NCBI GenBank assembly: GCA_040219255.1 | Contig: JAVJSW010000065.1 | Span: forward strand, 1-64,000 | Length of the DNA stretch: 64,000 nucleotides | Origin: Sumerlaeia bacterium | GTDB lineage: Bacteria > Sumerlaeota > Sumerlaeia > SLMS01 > JAHLLQ01 | Direction: 5' to 3' | Shown: positions 49,269 through 59,256 of the stretch, one piece after another | Layout of the letters: every line of letters starts with the position of its first letter | Position numbering within the stretch: position 1 is the stretch's first letter | Made by a program: the position numbers and the translations under genes | The notes under the pieces: model-generated | Told to the model about the DNA's origin: nothing | Databases searched by the model: none | Seen by the model: only the letters and a program-made list of their open reading frames with translations

Positions 49269-52200
49269 CTACCTCCGCAGGGGATTTTTTCCACCACTTC
49301 GATTGATTCTGTCAAGGGCTTCTTTGAAGAGTTCTTCTGTCACGGCCTTGCGGTAATTTTTCGCATTTCCATTTCGATCAGTGAACGAGCGGATTTTATT
49401 CCACAATGGTGTTTTCTTGTTGACAGACTTTGGACCTCCGAATTCATCCATGAGCTTCTGCTCCAACCCGCGTGCTTCCGCTTTTGTGAGGCTGCCCGTC
49501 GTGAATAACGTCACGCCGATGTGCTTTGGCTTTGTCTTCTTATGTGATGCGAGCCGATCATTTACAACACCTATCCCTACATATTTGACATTCCTATTAC
49601 GACTGTCCAGGAGTACATATAGACCGTACTGTTGATTAGACTTCGCACCAAGCGGACGCGCAAGTACCTCGATAAGGCTCCTAGAGAGTGAAGAACTCGA
49701 CGATCTCGATGGCCCCGCTTCTTCCTCTTGCCCTGGCAGAGGTGGCGGTGGCGCACCAACAAAAACTTCATATGCCTCGACTACGGCTATGATAAAGTAA
49801 AAAATTGACTGTGCAAGTTCTATTAAATTCCCCAACGATCTACTTATAGCGAATTCGACTATAGATGTCAAAAGATCAACACCGGATATCGCTAGGACTA
49901 TCAATGATATAGCCTTGCTGATCTGCAGGATAATCTCGTTCGCCTGCTCTTCGCTAACGGACTCCCAATCCTCAACTCCCAATACCGCTTCCATGAAGCG
50001 ATCCATCAATATGTCAAAACCCATAACTTCCATCAGGAAGTCCAGAATTGGGATATATAATATGCTGGCGTCTATTCCTGAAGCGCTCACAATCGTTCTG
50101 AGCAGGAAAGAGGTGATTTCCGGAACTATTACATAGGCTAATAGAGCTTGTATTACGCCCGAAATGGAAATTTCCGCCAGCGAAAACCACCCAGAAGGAT
50201 CAAACATCCCGATAGGATTCGCCCCTACGTAGCCGTAGCTACTAATATGGTTATTGGGGAAATCGACGTAGGTATCGATGGATGCCCACTTCCCAATGTC
50301 AGCGGTCAACCACCTTGCCCGATGATGCTGCAGCTCCGTCGCCCCATCGAGCCGTTGCCCCGTAAACGCATAGGCCGTTTCCTGGGCGCCGGGCTTCATG
50401 TCGTCCGACAGCAGTTCGCCAAACGCGGCGTAGTCGCGTGTGTCCTGGACGTAGCCTTGGGCGTCGGTGGTGGCACGGAGGCTGCCGAGGGCGTCGGCGC
50501 TGACAAAGCGTTCTTCGGCGCCGGTGGGTTCGACTTTGGTGCGGGCCATGAGGGTGTCGGCCCAGGTGTTGAGGGCGCGGACGCGGCCGGTGGTGGCGTC
50601 GATTTCGGCGAGGGTCTGGCTGTAGCCTGTGGGGTTTTCGCGATCGACGACGTAGCGTTCGGAAGTAAGGCGCTGGCCGTTTTCGTCGAAGACGTGGCGG
50701 CCGATGAGGTCGTTGTTGGTGTCGTAGTCGTATTCGACACGGAGCGGATCGGTGCCGGGGATTTCGGCGGCGATCAGGGTTTCTCCGCGGCCCCAGAAAT
50801 AGCGGGTGGTGGCGCCGGTGCGGTCGTTGGTGCGGGTGAGCATCTGGCCGTTGGCGTTGTAGGTGAAGCTCTCGACGGCTGTGTTGGCGGTGGCGCGGGT
50901 GGCGCCTTCGCGGATGGCGGCGAGGCGTTGCGTGCCGGGTTCGTAGAAATAATGGCGGGCGGGCTTGTCGGCGGCGTCTTCGAGGATGCGGTTGCTGTCG
51001 GCGTCGTAGCCGTAGGCGACTTCGCGGACGATCTGGCCGCCCGCTTCGCGGCGTTCGAGGGTCAGCCGGCCGAGACGGTCGTAGTGGTAAGTCCAGACGG
51101 CGGAGTTTTCTCCGCGGCGCTCGACGATGCCGAGGCGGGTGCCATCGGCACCGAGAACGTAGTCGGCGGCGAAGACGACGGTGCCGTCGGCGGCGGTGTG
51201 GGTGATGAGTTCGAGGCGGCCGAGGGCGTCGTAGGCGCGTTCCTCGACAAGGCCGGTGGTCAGGTTTGTGACGCGCTTCTTCAGGCCGGCGCGGTTGTAT
51301 TCGATGCGCCAGGAGGCTTCGGGGGCGAGGACTTCGGAGAGACGGCCGGCGAAGTCGTACTTATAGGACACGGTATGACCGAGTGTCGAAATGGAGGCCA
51401 GCGATCCGAATTGATCGTAGTCGTAATCGATGGGCGCGGGGTCTTTTTCGACGTACTCGAGGCGCCCGGTTTCGCGGTCGAAGGTGCGCGTTTCGGTACG
51501 CACCACATCGCCGACGGTGTGGGTCAGCGAGTCGAGGCGGCCGCGGGCATCGTAGCCGTAGGCGATGGTTTCGGCGATGGCCCCAGCGACGGAGGGGGTG
51601 TAGGTTTCCGAGTCGAGGCGGAAGTCATCGTAGAAGTAGCGGGTCACATCGCCGTTGGCTTTGACGAGGCGATCGCGCTGGCCGTCGGCGTTGTAGTATG
51701 TCGTCTTCCAGGGCAGGCTGGAGAGCGTGGGTTCGCTGGGGGGCGTGGCGAGGGAGGCTTGCGTTTCGACGACGCGTTCGAGGTCGCCTTCGGCGTCGAG
51801 GAAATCGCGCCATTCCTTGACGATGCCGCTGGGATAGATGGCTTTGGTGCGGCTGCCGGATTCGTCGTATTCGAACTGGAACGTGACGTTTTGCGTGGGC
51901 GTCTGGTTGTAATCGCCGGGGACGAGGCCTTCGCAGCCGACGCAATTGAAGATGACCGCTTCGGCCTGACCGTCGTCGTTGTAGCGCGTGTAGGTCTTGA
52001 CCTGGGCGGTGATTTCGTTGGTCAGGGAGCCGTTGGCCGCGATGGTGGCGGAGAGACTGGCGGGTTTAACGACGGCGACCTGGCGGCCTTCGGCGTCGTG
52101 CTCATAGAGTTCCCAGGTGCCGGCGACCACCACGGAGCCATCGGCGGCGAGGTTGTTGGTCGCGACGAGGTCGGTGTCCTGGTGGAACAGACCGACGAGT

Positions 52201-55200
52201 TGGCCATAGGCCGGTTCGGCGACGCTGGCGATGTCGTCGGCAGCAAAGGGTGTCGAACCATCGGTGTCGGTGCGATAGAGATAGGTGCTGCGGACGCCGT
52301 CGCGGGCCTGGAGCGGGGTCTGGGCCCAGGCGAGGCGGCCGAAGCGGTCGTAGCCGCGGCGGGTGGTATTGGTCACGCCGTTGTAGGTTTCGTGGGTCGC
52401 GATTTCGCGACCGGCGGCATCGAACTCGGTTTCGGTGATCAGACCGCGAGGCGAGACGGTCTTGTAACGCCGCCCGAATTCATCGTAGAAATGGCGGGTT
52501 ACGCGGACCGAGCCTTCGGCGCCTTCGAAGCGTTCTTCGACAGTACGACCAGAACCATCGGTCACGGAGATCGTGCGGTTGTTGTCTTGATCGGTGACGA
52601 TTTTCGAGCGGGTGCCGTCGCTGTTGGTCTGATAGTCGGTCTGGGTGGCCGAGCCATCGTCGTAGATGACCTGGTACTGACGGCCGAGGTCGTCGTACTT
52701 GTATTCGGTGCGGCTGGCGCCGTTGGGGCCGGTGCTTTCGCTGACGAGGACGTTGCCGAGGCCATCGTAGGTCGTGCGGGTGGTCGAGAGCGCAGGGCCG
52801 CCATCACTGGTGGCGCTATAGACCGCGCGGCCTTCAGCATCGGCGATTGTGAAAGTCCAGCTTTCTTCCTGCGGATCGTAGCTGGCGAGGTTGTTGCCTT
52901 CGGCGTCGGAGTAGGTGACGGAGATGGTCTCGCCGCTGCTGGGGTTGCTCGTGCTAACGGTTTGCATTTCCAGCCAGACGCCGCTGGGCCAACTGGGCAG
53001 ATGGGCCGAGCGGACGGCGGCGGGGACGGCGGCTTCCAGGGCGGTGCGAAGCGTGGCGAAGGGGCCCTCGTTGGCGTAGCCGGTGGCGTAGGTGTAGGTG
53101 ACGGAGGAGAGAGTTTCCGTGCCGCGCTGGGAGACGGTCTGCTCGATACGGCCGATGAAATCGCCGGCGTTGTAGTAGGTGTTCCGGGTTTCGACTCCGG
53201 GGCCGGAAACGGCGCCGACTTCGTTGCGGGCGCTCTTCTGCACCGGGGTGTCGCCGCCTTCCTGACGGCCATAGTACAGGTTGATGTCGCGGCCTTCGGG
53301 GTCGGAGACGAAGTGGACCTTGCCGGTGCCGTCGGGCATGGTTCCATCGGGGGCCTGGCCGATGTTGAACTTGGATTCGTTGTAGCGAACCAGGACCGAG
53401 TTTTTCTCGCCGTTGTCGATGCCGTCGGGGCCGACGGCAGGGGTCTTGACGTTGGTCGGCTGAACCTGCTGGCTGGTCAGGTAACCGGGGCGCATTCTCC
53501 CGTTGTTATAATCGTCGTAGCCGGGGGCTCTGGCGGTGCGGCCTTGGAAGTGGGCGCTCCAGAAATCGAAGTAGTTTTGGGCCATGCCGTCGATGCCGTA
53601 GTACTGCTCCTGATAGGGTTGGAGGTCGTACTCGAAATCGGTCTTCACGCCGCCAACGGTCTGGGACCTGAGCACTCCGGGAGGGGCGGCGATGTAGTCG
53701 TCGCTGTCGTCGGGATAGTAGTCGTAGGTGGTGACCACGCCCGCGGCGTCGACTTGGCGGGTGACGCGTCCGGCGTCGTCGTATTCGACTTCGGTGCGGC
53801 CGCCAGTGGCTTCGTCGACGACGGTGTGGGTGCCGCCACCTGCTTCGTTGTCTTCGTATTCCATGGCGACATCGCCGGCGCCGGTTTCGATCGTGCTAAG
53901 GCGGGCGTCGTTGTCGTAGTCATAGGCAATTTCCGCGTCGCCCGAGTCCGGCGCGCCATGATTCGGATCGGCGGAGTCCTGGCGATCCACCACCATGCGG
54001 GTCAGGTAATGGGGAAAGTCCTCGTCCTCGTAATAGAGCCAGCGCTTGTTGCCGTTGCGGTCGGTGATTTCCGACAGCTCGCCCTTGTCGTTGTAGGTGT
54101 ACAGGAAGAAGAAGCCACGCGGGTCGGTGATCTTGGAGATGCGGCCCTCGCTGTCGCGCTCGACGGTGATGCGGCGGCCGAGGTTGTCCTCGATCAGGAC
54201 TTCCGTGCCGTTTTCTGTGTCGTTGTAGGAATAGTCCACGGCGACTGGAGCGGGTTGGCCGATTTCGCCGTGGCCGGCGTCCTGGCGCAGGAGCTGGCCC
54301 GACTCCCATTCGTAGATCAGGTAGGAACCGTCTTCCAACTTGAGGCAGGCCAGTGTTCCATCGGGGTTGGATGACCCATCGTGCCAATCGGGCAGAGCGA
54401 TGCCTTGGTTATCGCGGAGCGCGATCAGTTCCTGGCGATAGGCCTGAACGACCCGGTGGCCTTCGTTGTTGTAGTCGTACTGGCTGAAGGGATTGCCGCC
54501 GTCGCCGAAGAGTCCATCGTAGGGCGTCGTGTAACCGGGCAGCCAGAGCATCTGGCCGTAAGGGCGATTGATGAAGGCGCGTTCGACGCCCCAGCTATTG
54601 TCGCCCTCGTCGATGAGGTCGAACTGGACGGGGGCGTTGGCGTAGGTGAAGGTGCGGCCGTCGGGCAGGGTGATTTCCGCTTCGATGCGTTCATCGCCGA
54701 GGCCCGGTTCGACGATGGAGGTCTTCTGGAGAGTGAGGTCCAGGCCTTCGAGCTGCCAGCCCCAGCCGAAGTCGCCTTTGGTGGTGGAGCGGAAAGAGTT
54801 GTACTCGCGGGCGATCTCGATGGAGATCCCTTCGAAATCGGTGGAGAAATCGACCTGTCGCAGTTGCAGGGAACCGGGCGTGCGGTCGTCCGTGTCCTCG
54901 CCGGGCAAGGTCGCGCTGTGCATGACCTTGTAGCCGGGGATGAAGCCCGTGGCGTAGCGCAGACCGTCGGTAACCAGGAGGCGGATGTCGTAGGTACCGA
55001 CGGGGAGCTTTGAAATGTCCCAAGTGCCAAGCGTGGCGGTGGTGTTTTCGTCGCCGCGGTTTTCAAAGCCGTAGTCGATGGTCTTCCAACTGGACTCGAA
55101 ACCGCCGTATACCGACATCAGGTAAGGCGTTTCGGTGCTGTCGATGACCGGTTCGGCGCTGTGGGGTTTGTAGGACAGGAGCCAATAGGGGCGCTCGGCG

Positions 55201-58200
55201 GGGAAGATCTGACCGATTTCCCCGCCGTCGGGCGCACCGACAGCGTCGAAAACAGGATTGAACACGTAGCCGTTGATGGGAACCTGAGGCGTCTTGTCCT
55301 TGAGCAGCAGCGTATTCAAGGGTTCGGAGATATCGAGGGCCGGGTCGGCTCCGCTGAGGAACAGGACCGGGTAAATCTGCGATTGGCCATTGATCGAGAC
55401 GCGAAGCTGGTACTGACGGGCCGATTGGCCGGGAGGCAGCGAGGCGTGCTCGCCGCGCCAGATGTGTTTGGTCAGGAAGGTGTCGGCCTGAACCGGCGCG
55501 GGACCGAAGTCATAGGGCACGGCGCCTACGGGGGCGCCGTTCTGGTCGAGCAGTTCGACTGCCGGTGTGCCGCTGCCGTGAAGGATATCGACGATGATGC
55601 GGTGGGCGGCTGGGTTGCCGGTCCATCTAGCCGGATCGATGACGGAGGAACTGCTGAGTGCGACGCTGTAGAGAGAGCCGGCGAGATTGTATTCGCGCTC
55701 GTCCTTGGTCACGTTGCCAAAGGCGTCTTCCGCGGCGACGCGAATGGTCAGGGGCCGGCCGCTGAGGCCTTTCTTGCCGCGCAGGTCGAGGGCCTTGGCG
55801 AAGGTTTTCGTGAGCTGGGGATTGAATGGCGCGGAGAAATCGAGCAGGTTTTCCGTGCGGTCTTCGACGTCGAGTTGGCCGGAAATGTTGTTCCAGCGCG
55901 CCCACGTGTAGTCCAGGTCCACGCGGAGGGACTTGATGCCGGAGTCTTCGGGCAGTGTGTTATCGAGCGCGTTGACGAGGAGATCAGCCGTGTTGCCAGT
56001 AAGCAGATCACCGGCGGGGGCTGCGAATTCGACACGCGGGAAGAGGCCATCGTTGCGGACGGTCAGGGGGGTCTGGACCTCGGCGAGATTTCCGGCGGCG
56101 TCGGCGGCTTGAAGACGCAGGACATAGTCGCCGTTGGCGCGCATGGCTTCGGCGGCCCAGTTCGCAAGGTTGCCGGAGCCCACTTCGCGGGTGCCAGTGT
56201 TGAGCAGCACCCAATCCTGAGTTCCCGCTTCGGCGAGATGAACGGTATAGGTGGTCAGGTGAATGTCTTCAACCGTGCCCCAAACGGCCACATTGCCGCG
56301 CACTTCGCCCTCGAAGGGCTTGAGCGCGACGTTCGGCGGGGTGACGTCGATGGTGAAGGTCTGGCTGACGGTGCGCGAGCGGCGCTCGTACACTTCGCCG
56401 TCGAGGCGCAGGTCGAGGGGGCCGTTGTAGCCGTCGAGACCCGCGAAGGCGCCGGTGAAGCCGGGGGTGGACTTGAGCTGCCAGAGGGCTTCGCGGACTT
56501 CTCCCGGCGTGTCCGGGTCGGACTTGCTATCGAGGCGGGCCAATTCCCCTCCCCCGCCGTCATAGGCAAAGAAGCGGAAGTCGGTCATGATCTGGTTGAA
56601 AAGGCCCTTGGCCGTGACGCGATCCCAGTGAGCCGGGTTGAAGACCGAGCCCGGGGCGAGTGTTTCTTCGTCACCGCCGTCGCGGGCGAGGAGAAGCTCC
56701 ATGCCGAGGACTTCGGGGCGGGAGAACTCTTCCATCAGGGCGTGGAGGAACACCACGGCAGTGGCGCCATTGGCGGCGAATTCCGCCGGCGAGGCGGGGG
56801 CAGCCAAGGGCGCGCACAGGGCCGCCAGAGGATGGACGGCGGCCACGTAAGCTCGCGCCACGGCGACGGAGGCGCCTTCGTAGGTTTCCGCGCCGGTGAT
56901 GGCGAGTTGGGCCAGGCGCAAGGCCGGACCACCGCCATCGACTGGCCCGAGGCTGGGCGCGACCAAGTGACCCGGGCGCACGATCATGCCGGAGAGGGCT
57001 TCCGTTTGCTGGGCGCTGAAGGCCTGGTGCGGCAAAACCGCCAAGGCATCGGCGGCTAGCGTTTCGGTCTTCCAGGCGGGGCCATCGAGGGCCAACGCGC
57101 CCCAGCCCAGGCCGAGGGCTCCGGCGGGTTCGGCGGGGCTGGCGGCCGCGCGGCCATCGGCCAGCAGCAGGGACGCTCCGGCGTCGGCGCGGGCCTGGAG
57201 GTTCGCGGCGAGGTTGCCAGAATCCGCTGGGACACGGTCGCCCGCGGCGTCGAGGACTTCGGCGTTCTCCGGCGTCACGGCGTATGCGGCCGCGAGGCCG
57301 GCGGAATTCGCGTCGCGCATGAGACGGCCTGCAGTCACGGGCTCGACAGCCTGGCCAAGCACCGTGAAGGGGCCATTGGCGAGGACGGCGGAGCGGGTGA
57401 GTTGGAGGGCCGACTGGACGCTATCGGTCGGGGCGTAGCGCGCGTCGCTCTCGCCCACCACCGGACCGATGGGCAGGGCGCCTTCCGAGAGGGCGAAGCG
57501 CCACTGGGGGGCACCAAAGGTGCCATCGGCGGCGGGGACGGGTTCGAAGCCCGCCAGGGCCCACTGGCCTGCCAGGGCCACGCGATGCCCTGCGGCCAAC
57601 GCGCCCAGATCGATCAGTTGCTCGCTCTGGGACAGAAGGACCTGCGCCGTGAAATCCAGCGTCGGGGCCAGCGCGCGCGTCGGATCGCCGGCGGACGGGT
57701 CCTCCGAGAGACGCGAGAGGGTGGTGGTGAGGCTTTGCTGGCGCTCGCGGTAGTTGGGCAGCGTGCGCTCGTTGAGCGACGGAAGGGCCGCCACCGAGAA
57801 TAAAGCACCAGCGCGGGTGGCGAGGGATTCACGGCGGGCGGCGGGATCGGCGGTGGGCAGGGGCTGGCCTTCGCCGGGGCCCTGGAGCGCGATTTCCACG
57901 CGCACCGGATCGCCGTAGCCGACGGCTTGGGACGCGCGGGCGATTTCGGACTCGCCGAGCGTGACTCGGCCCAGCACCGGCAGGGCACCCTGGGCGAGCG
58001 ATGCCTGGTTGTAGGTCTCCGTCGTGGCGGCGGCGTCGGAGGACACAAAGCCCACAGAGAGCACGTTTTCGAAAAGCGCGGCGCTGGCGAAGTTGGCTTC
58101 GGCGAGGGTTTCGCCGGATTCGCTGATAATCCGCAGGCCGACCTCGTGGCGCATGGGCGCGAGGAAGTCTTCGATGTCGGCGACCTTCAAGACGGCCGGG

Positions 58201-59177
58201 CGACCCAGGATCGAGTAGGGCAGGGATTCGGGCAGCGTGTCGATTTTCTCGACCGTCGGGCGGCGGCGTGTCAGGGCTTCCTCGACCGTCAGGCCTTCCT
58301 CTTCGAGGAAATTGCGGAATACGGCGGCGGCGCTGTCGGCCTGGGTCAGCAGGTAGTCCTCAGGGACGGCGGAGGCGGAGGCTTCGGCTTCATCGACGGA
58401 GAGGAAGCTGAGGGCCTGCTGGACAAAGGCATCGGCGTCGAGGCCGGACAGTTCGAAAGGCGTGGGTACTTCGGCGACTTCTTCCTGGAGGACGAAGCTG
58501 GGGTCGAGGTCTGTTCGGATGCCATCGTTGCCGGCGACGAAGCGGGTGCCGCGCAAGGGGCCATATTCCAGATCGCCGCGGAGCCAGACGTGGTCTTCGA
58601 GCAAGAGGGTCCAGCGTTGGGTGGCGGTGTTGCCCTCGATGCGATGGGGAACGCCCGCCTGGGTCAGATAGGTCTGGATGGCCTGAGGTGTGTCGGCGCC
58701 GATGAAGTCACGGGCCTGACGCGATGTCAGACGCACGTGCCCTCGCACAACCCAAAGGTCCGGTTCGCCCCGGTCCAGGTTTCGCCACGCCGCGCGCAGC
58801 AGGGCCGCGAGAAGCAGAGCCTGATCGGTGTCGTTGCCCTTGCGGCGCTGGAGCGTGCCCAGCGCGCCGAAGCGGGCGCCGCGATAGGGTTCGTAGGCGA
58901 TTTCGTTGCGGACGAATTCGTAGATCAGAACGGGATGGTTCGACAGCCGGCCCGCTTGGGCGACCAGGGGCGGGGTGACGCGCTGGCCGCTGGGAAGCTC
59001 TTCCACGCGGCCCCAATTGATTTCGAGGGGCGCGCTGTCCACCATCTGCAAGCCGTTCTGCGCATAGATGTGGGCGAGCTTGTCGAAGTGCGGAAAATAG
59101 ACCATCATGAAGGCGGTCAAAAACGCCACCGGCCAAGAGAAGTAACGAAGGGTGCGGGGATTTCGGAAGAGCTTCAT
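49269..59177 (-). CDS. 3302-aa RHS/YD-repeat polymorphic toxin: signal-like N-terminus, transglutaminase-like head, Ig-like repeats, RHS core, C-terminal GIY-YIG nuclease
   Basis: Many YD repeats, FTGQRLD...HHRARW...YGYVGANPIGMFDPSG, and tip YGLYVL...KYVGIG...R...E...N. Confidence 0.92.
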   Translation of the reverse strand: MKLFRNPRTLRYFSWPVAFLTAFMMVYFPHFDKLAHIYAQNGLQMVDSAPLEINWGRVEELPSGQRVTPPLVAQAGRLSNHPVLIYEFVRNEIAYEPYRGARFGALGTLQRRKGNDTDQALLLAALLRAAWRNLDRGEPDLWVVRGHVRLTSRQARDFIGADTPQAIQTYLTQAGVPHRIEGNTATQRWTLLLEDHVWLRGDLEYGPLRGTRFVAGNDGIRTDLDPSFVLQEEVAEVPTPFELSGLDADAFVQQALSFLSVDEAEASASAVPEDYLLTQADSAAAVFRNFLEEEGLTVEEALTRRRPTVEKIDTLPESLPYSILGRPAVLKVADIEDFLAPMRHEVGLRIISESGETLAEANFASAALFENVLSVGFVSSDAAATTETYNQASLAQGALPVLGRVTLGESEIARASQAVGYGDPVRVEIALQGPGEGQPLPTADPAARRESLATRAGALFSVAALPSLNERTLPNYRERQQSLTTTLSRLSEDPSAGDPTRALAPTLDFTAQVLLSQSEQLIDLGALAAGHRVALAGQWALAGFEPVPAADGTFGAPQWRFALSEGALPIGPVVGESDARYAPTDSVQSALQLTRSAVLANGPFTVLGQAVEPVTAGRLMRDANSAGLAAAYAVTPENAEVLDAAGDRVPADSGNLAANLQARADAGASLLLADGRAAASPAEPAGALGLGWGALALDGPAWKTETLAADALAVLPHQAFSAQQTEALSGMIVRPGHLVAPSLGPVDGGGPALRLAQLAITGAETYEGASVAVARAYVAAVHPLAALCAPLAAPASPAEFAANGATAVVFLHALMEEFSRPEVLGMELLLARDGGDEETLAPGSVFNPAHWDRVTAKGLFNQIMTDFRFFAYDGGGGELARLDSKSDPDTPGEVREALWQLKSTPGFTGAFAGLDGYNGPLDLRLDGEVYERRSRTVSQTFTIDVTPPNVALKPFEGEVRGNVAVWGTVEDIHLTTYTVHLAEAGTQDWVLLNTGTREVGSGNLANWAAEAMRANGDYVLRLQAADAAGNLAEVQTPLTVRNDGLFPRVEFAAPAGDLLTGNTADLLVNALDNTLPEDSGIKSLRVDLDYTWARWNNISGQLDVEDRTENLLDFSAPFNPQLTKTFAKALDLRGKKGLSGRPLTIRVAAEDAFGNVTKDEREYNLAGSLYSVALSSSSVIDPARWTGNPAAHRIIVDILHGSGTPAVELLDQNGAPVGAVPYDFGPAPVQADTFLTKHIWRGEHASLPPGQSARQYQLRVSINGQSQIYPVLFLSGADPALDISEPLNTLLLKDKTPQVPINGYVFNPVFDAVGAPDGGEIGQIFPAERPYWLLSYKPHSAEPVIDSTETPYLMSVYGGFESSWKTIDYGFENRGDENTTATLGTWDISKLPVGTYDIRLLVTDGLRYATGFIPGYKVMHSATLPGEDTDDRTPGSLQLRQVDFSTDFEGISIEIAREYNSFRSTTKGDFGWGWQLEGLDLTLQKTSIVEPGLGDERIEAEITLPDGRTFTYANAPVQFDLIDEGDNSWGVERAFINRPYGQMLWLPGYTTPYDGLFGDGGNPFSQYDYNNEGHRVVQAYRQELIALRDNQGIALPDWHDGSSNPDGTLACLKLEDGSYLIYEWESGQLLRQDAGHGEIGQPAPVAVDYSYNDTENGTEVLIEDNLGRRITVERDSEGRISKITDPRGFFFLYTYNDKGELSEITDRNGNKRWLYYEDEDFPHYLTRMVVDRQDSADPNHGAPDSGDAEIAYDYDNDARLSTIETGAGDVAMEYEDNEAGGGTHTVVDEATGGRTEVEYDDAGRVTRQVDAAGVVTTYDYYPDDSDDYIAAPPGVLRSQTVGGVKTDFEYDLQPYQEQYYGIDGMAQNYFDFWSAHFQGRTARAPGYDDYNNGRMRPGYLTSQQVQPTNVKTPAVGPDGIDNGEKNSVLVRYNESKFNIGQAPDGTMPDGTGKVHFVSDPEGRDINLYYGRQEGGDTPVQKSARNEVGAVSGPGVETRNTYYNAGDFIGRIEQTVSQRGTETLSSVTYTYATGYANEGPFATLRTALEAAVPAAVRSAHLPSWPSGVWLEMQTVSTSNPSSGETISVTYSDAEGNNLASYDPQEESWTFTIADAEGRAVYSATSDGGPALSTTRTTYDGLGNVLVSESTGPNGASRTEYKYDDLGRQYQVIYDDGSATQTDYQTNSDGTRSKIVTDQDNNRTISVTDGSGRTVEERFEGAEGSVRVTRHFYDEFGRRYKTVSPRGLITETEFDAAGREIATHETYNGVTNTTRRGYDRFGRLAWAQTPLQARDGVRSTYLYRTDTDGSTPFAADDIASVAEPAYGQLVGLFHQDTDLVATNNLAADGSVVVAGTWELYEHDAEGRQVAVVKPASLSATIAANGSLTNEITAQVKTYTRYNDDGQAEAVIFNCVGCEGLVPGDYNQTPTQNVTFQFEYDESGSRTKAIYPSGIVKEWRDFLDAEGDLERVVETQASLATPPSEPTLSSLPWKTTYYNADGQRDRLVKANGDVTRYFYDDFRLDSETYTPSVAGAIAETIAYGYDARGRLDSLTHTVGDVVRTETRTFDRETGRLEYVEKDPAPIDYDYDQFGSLASISTLGHTVSYKYDFAGRLSEVLAPEASWRIEYNRAGLKKRVTNLTTGLVEERAYDALGRLELITHTAADGTVVFAADYVLGADGTRLGIVERRGENSAVWTYHYDRLGRLTLERREAGGQIVREVAYGYDADSNRILEDAADKPARHYFYEPGTQRLAAIREGATRATANTAVESFTYNANGQMLTRTNDRTGATTRYFWGRGETLIAAEIPGTDPLRVEYDYDTNNDLIGRHVFDENGQRLTSERYVVDRENPTGYSQTLAEIDATTGRVRALNTWADTLMARTKVEPTGAEERFVSADALGSLRATTDAQGYVQDTRDYAAFGELLSDDMKPGAQETAYAFTGQRLDGATELQHHRARWLTADIGKWASIDTYVDFPNNHISSYGYVGANPIGMFDPSGWFSLAEISISGVIQALLAYVIVPEITSFLLRTIVSASGIDASILYIPILDFLMEVMGFDILMDRFMEAVLGVEDWESVSEEQANEIILQISKAISLIVLAISGVDLLTSIVEFAISRSLGNLIELAQSIFYFIIAVVEAYEVFVGAPPPPLPGQEEEAGPSRSSSSSLSRSLIEVLARPLGAKSNQQYGLYVLLDSRNRNVKYVGIGVVNDRLASHKKTKPKHIGVTLFTTGSLTKAEARGLEQKLMDEFGGPKSVNKKTPLWNKIRSFTDRNGNAKNYRKAVTEELFKEALDRINRSGGKNPLRR

Positions 59178-59256
59178 GGGAGGTTATCCGTGGGTCACTC
59201 GGGAGAGGGGTCGTTCGGGTCGCGGTCAATGTGGTCTAGGGGTTCTGATAAAGAAA

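Noticed and set aside
45666-49634. Functional link between mutS and the GIY-YIG nuclease
   Set aside because: The nuclease is an RHS tip in a compositionally foreign cassette; adjacency alone is not evidence.
50148-54374. 1408-aa plus-strand ORF
   Set aside because: Antisense shadow of the RHS gene caused by high-GC codon bias; no recognisable motifs.
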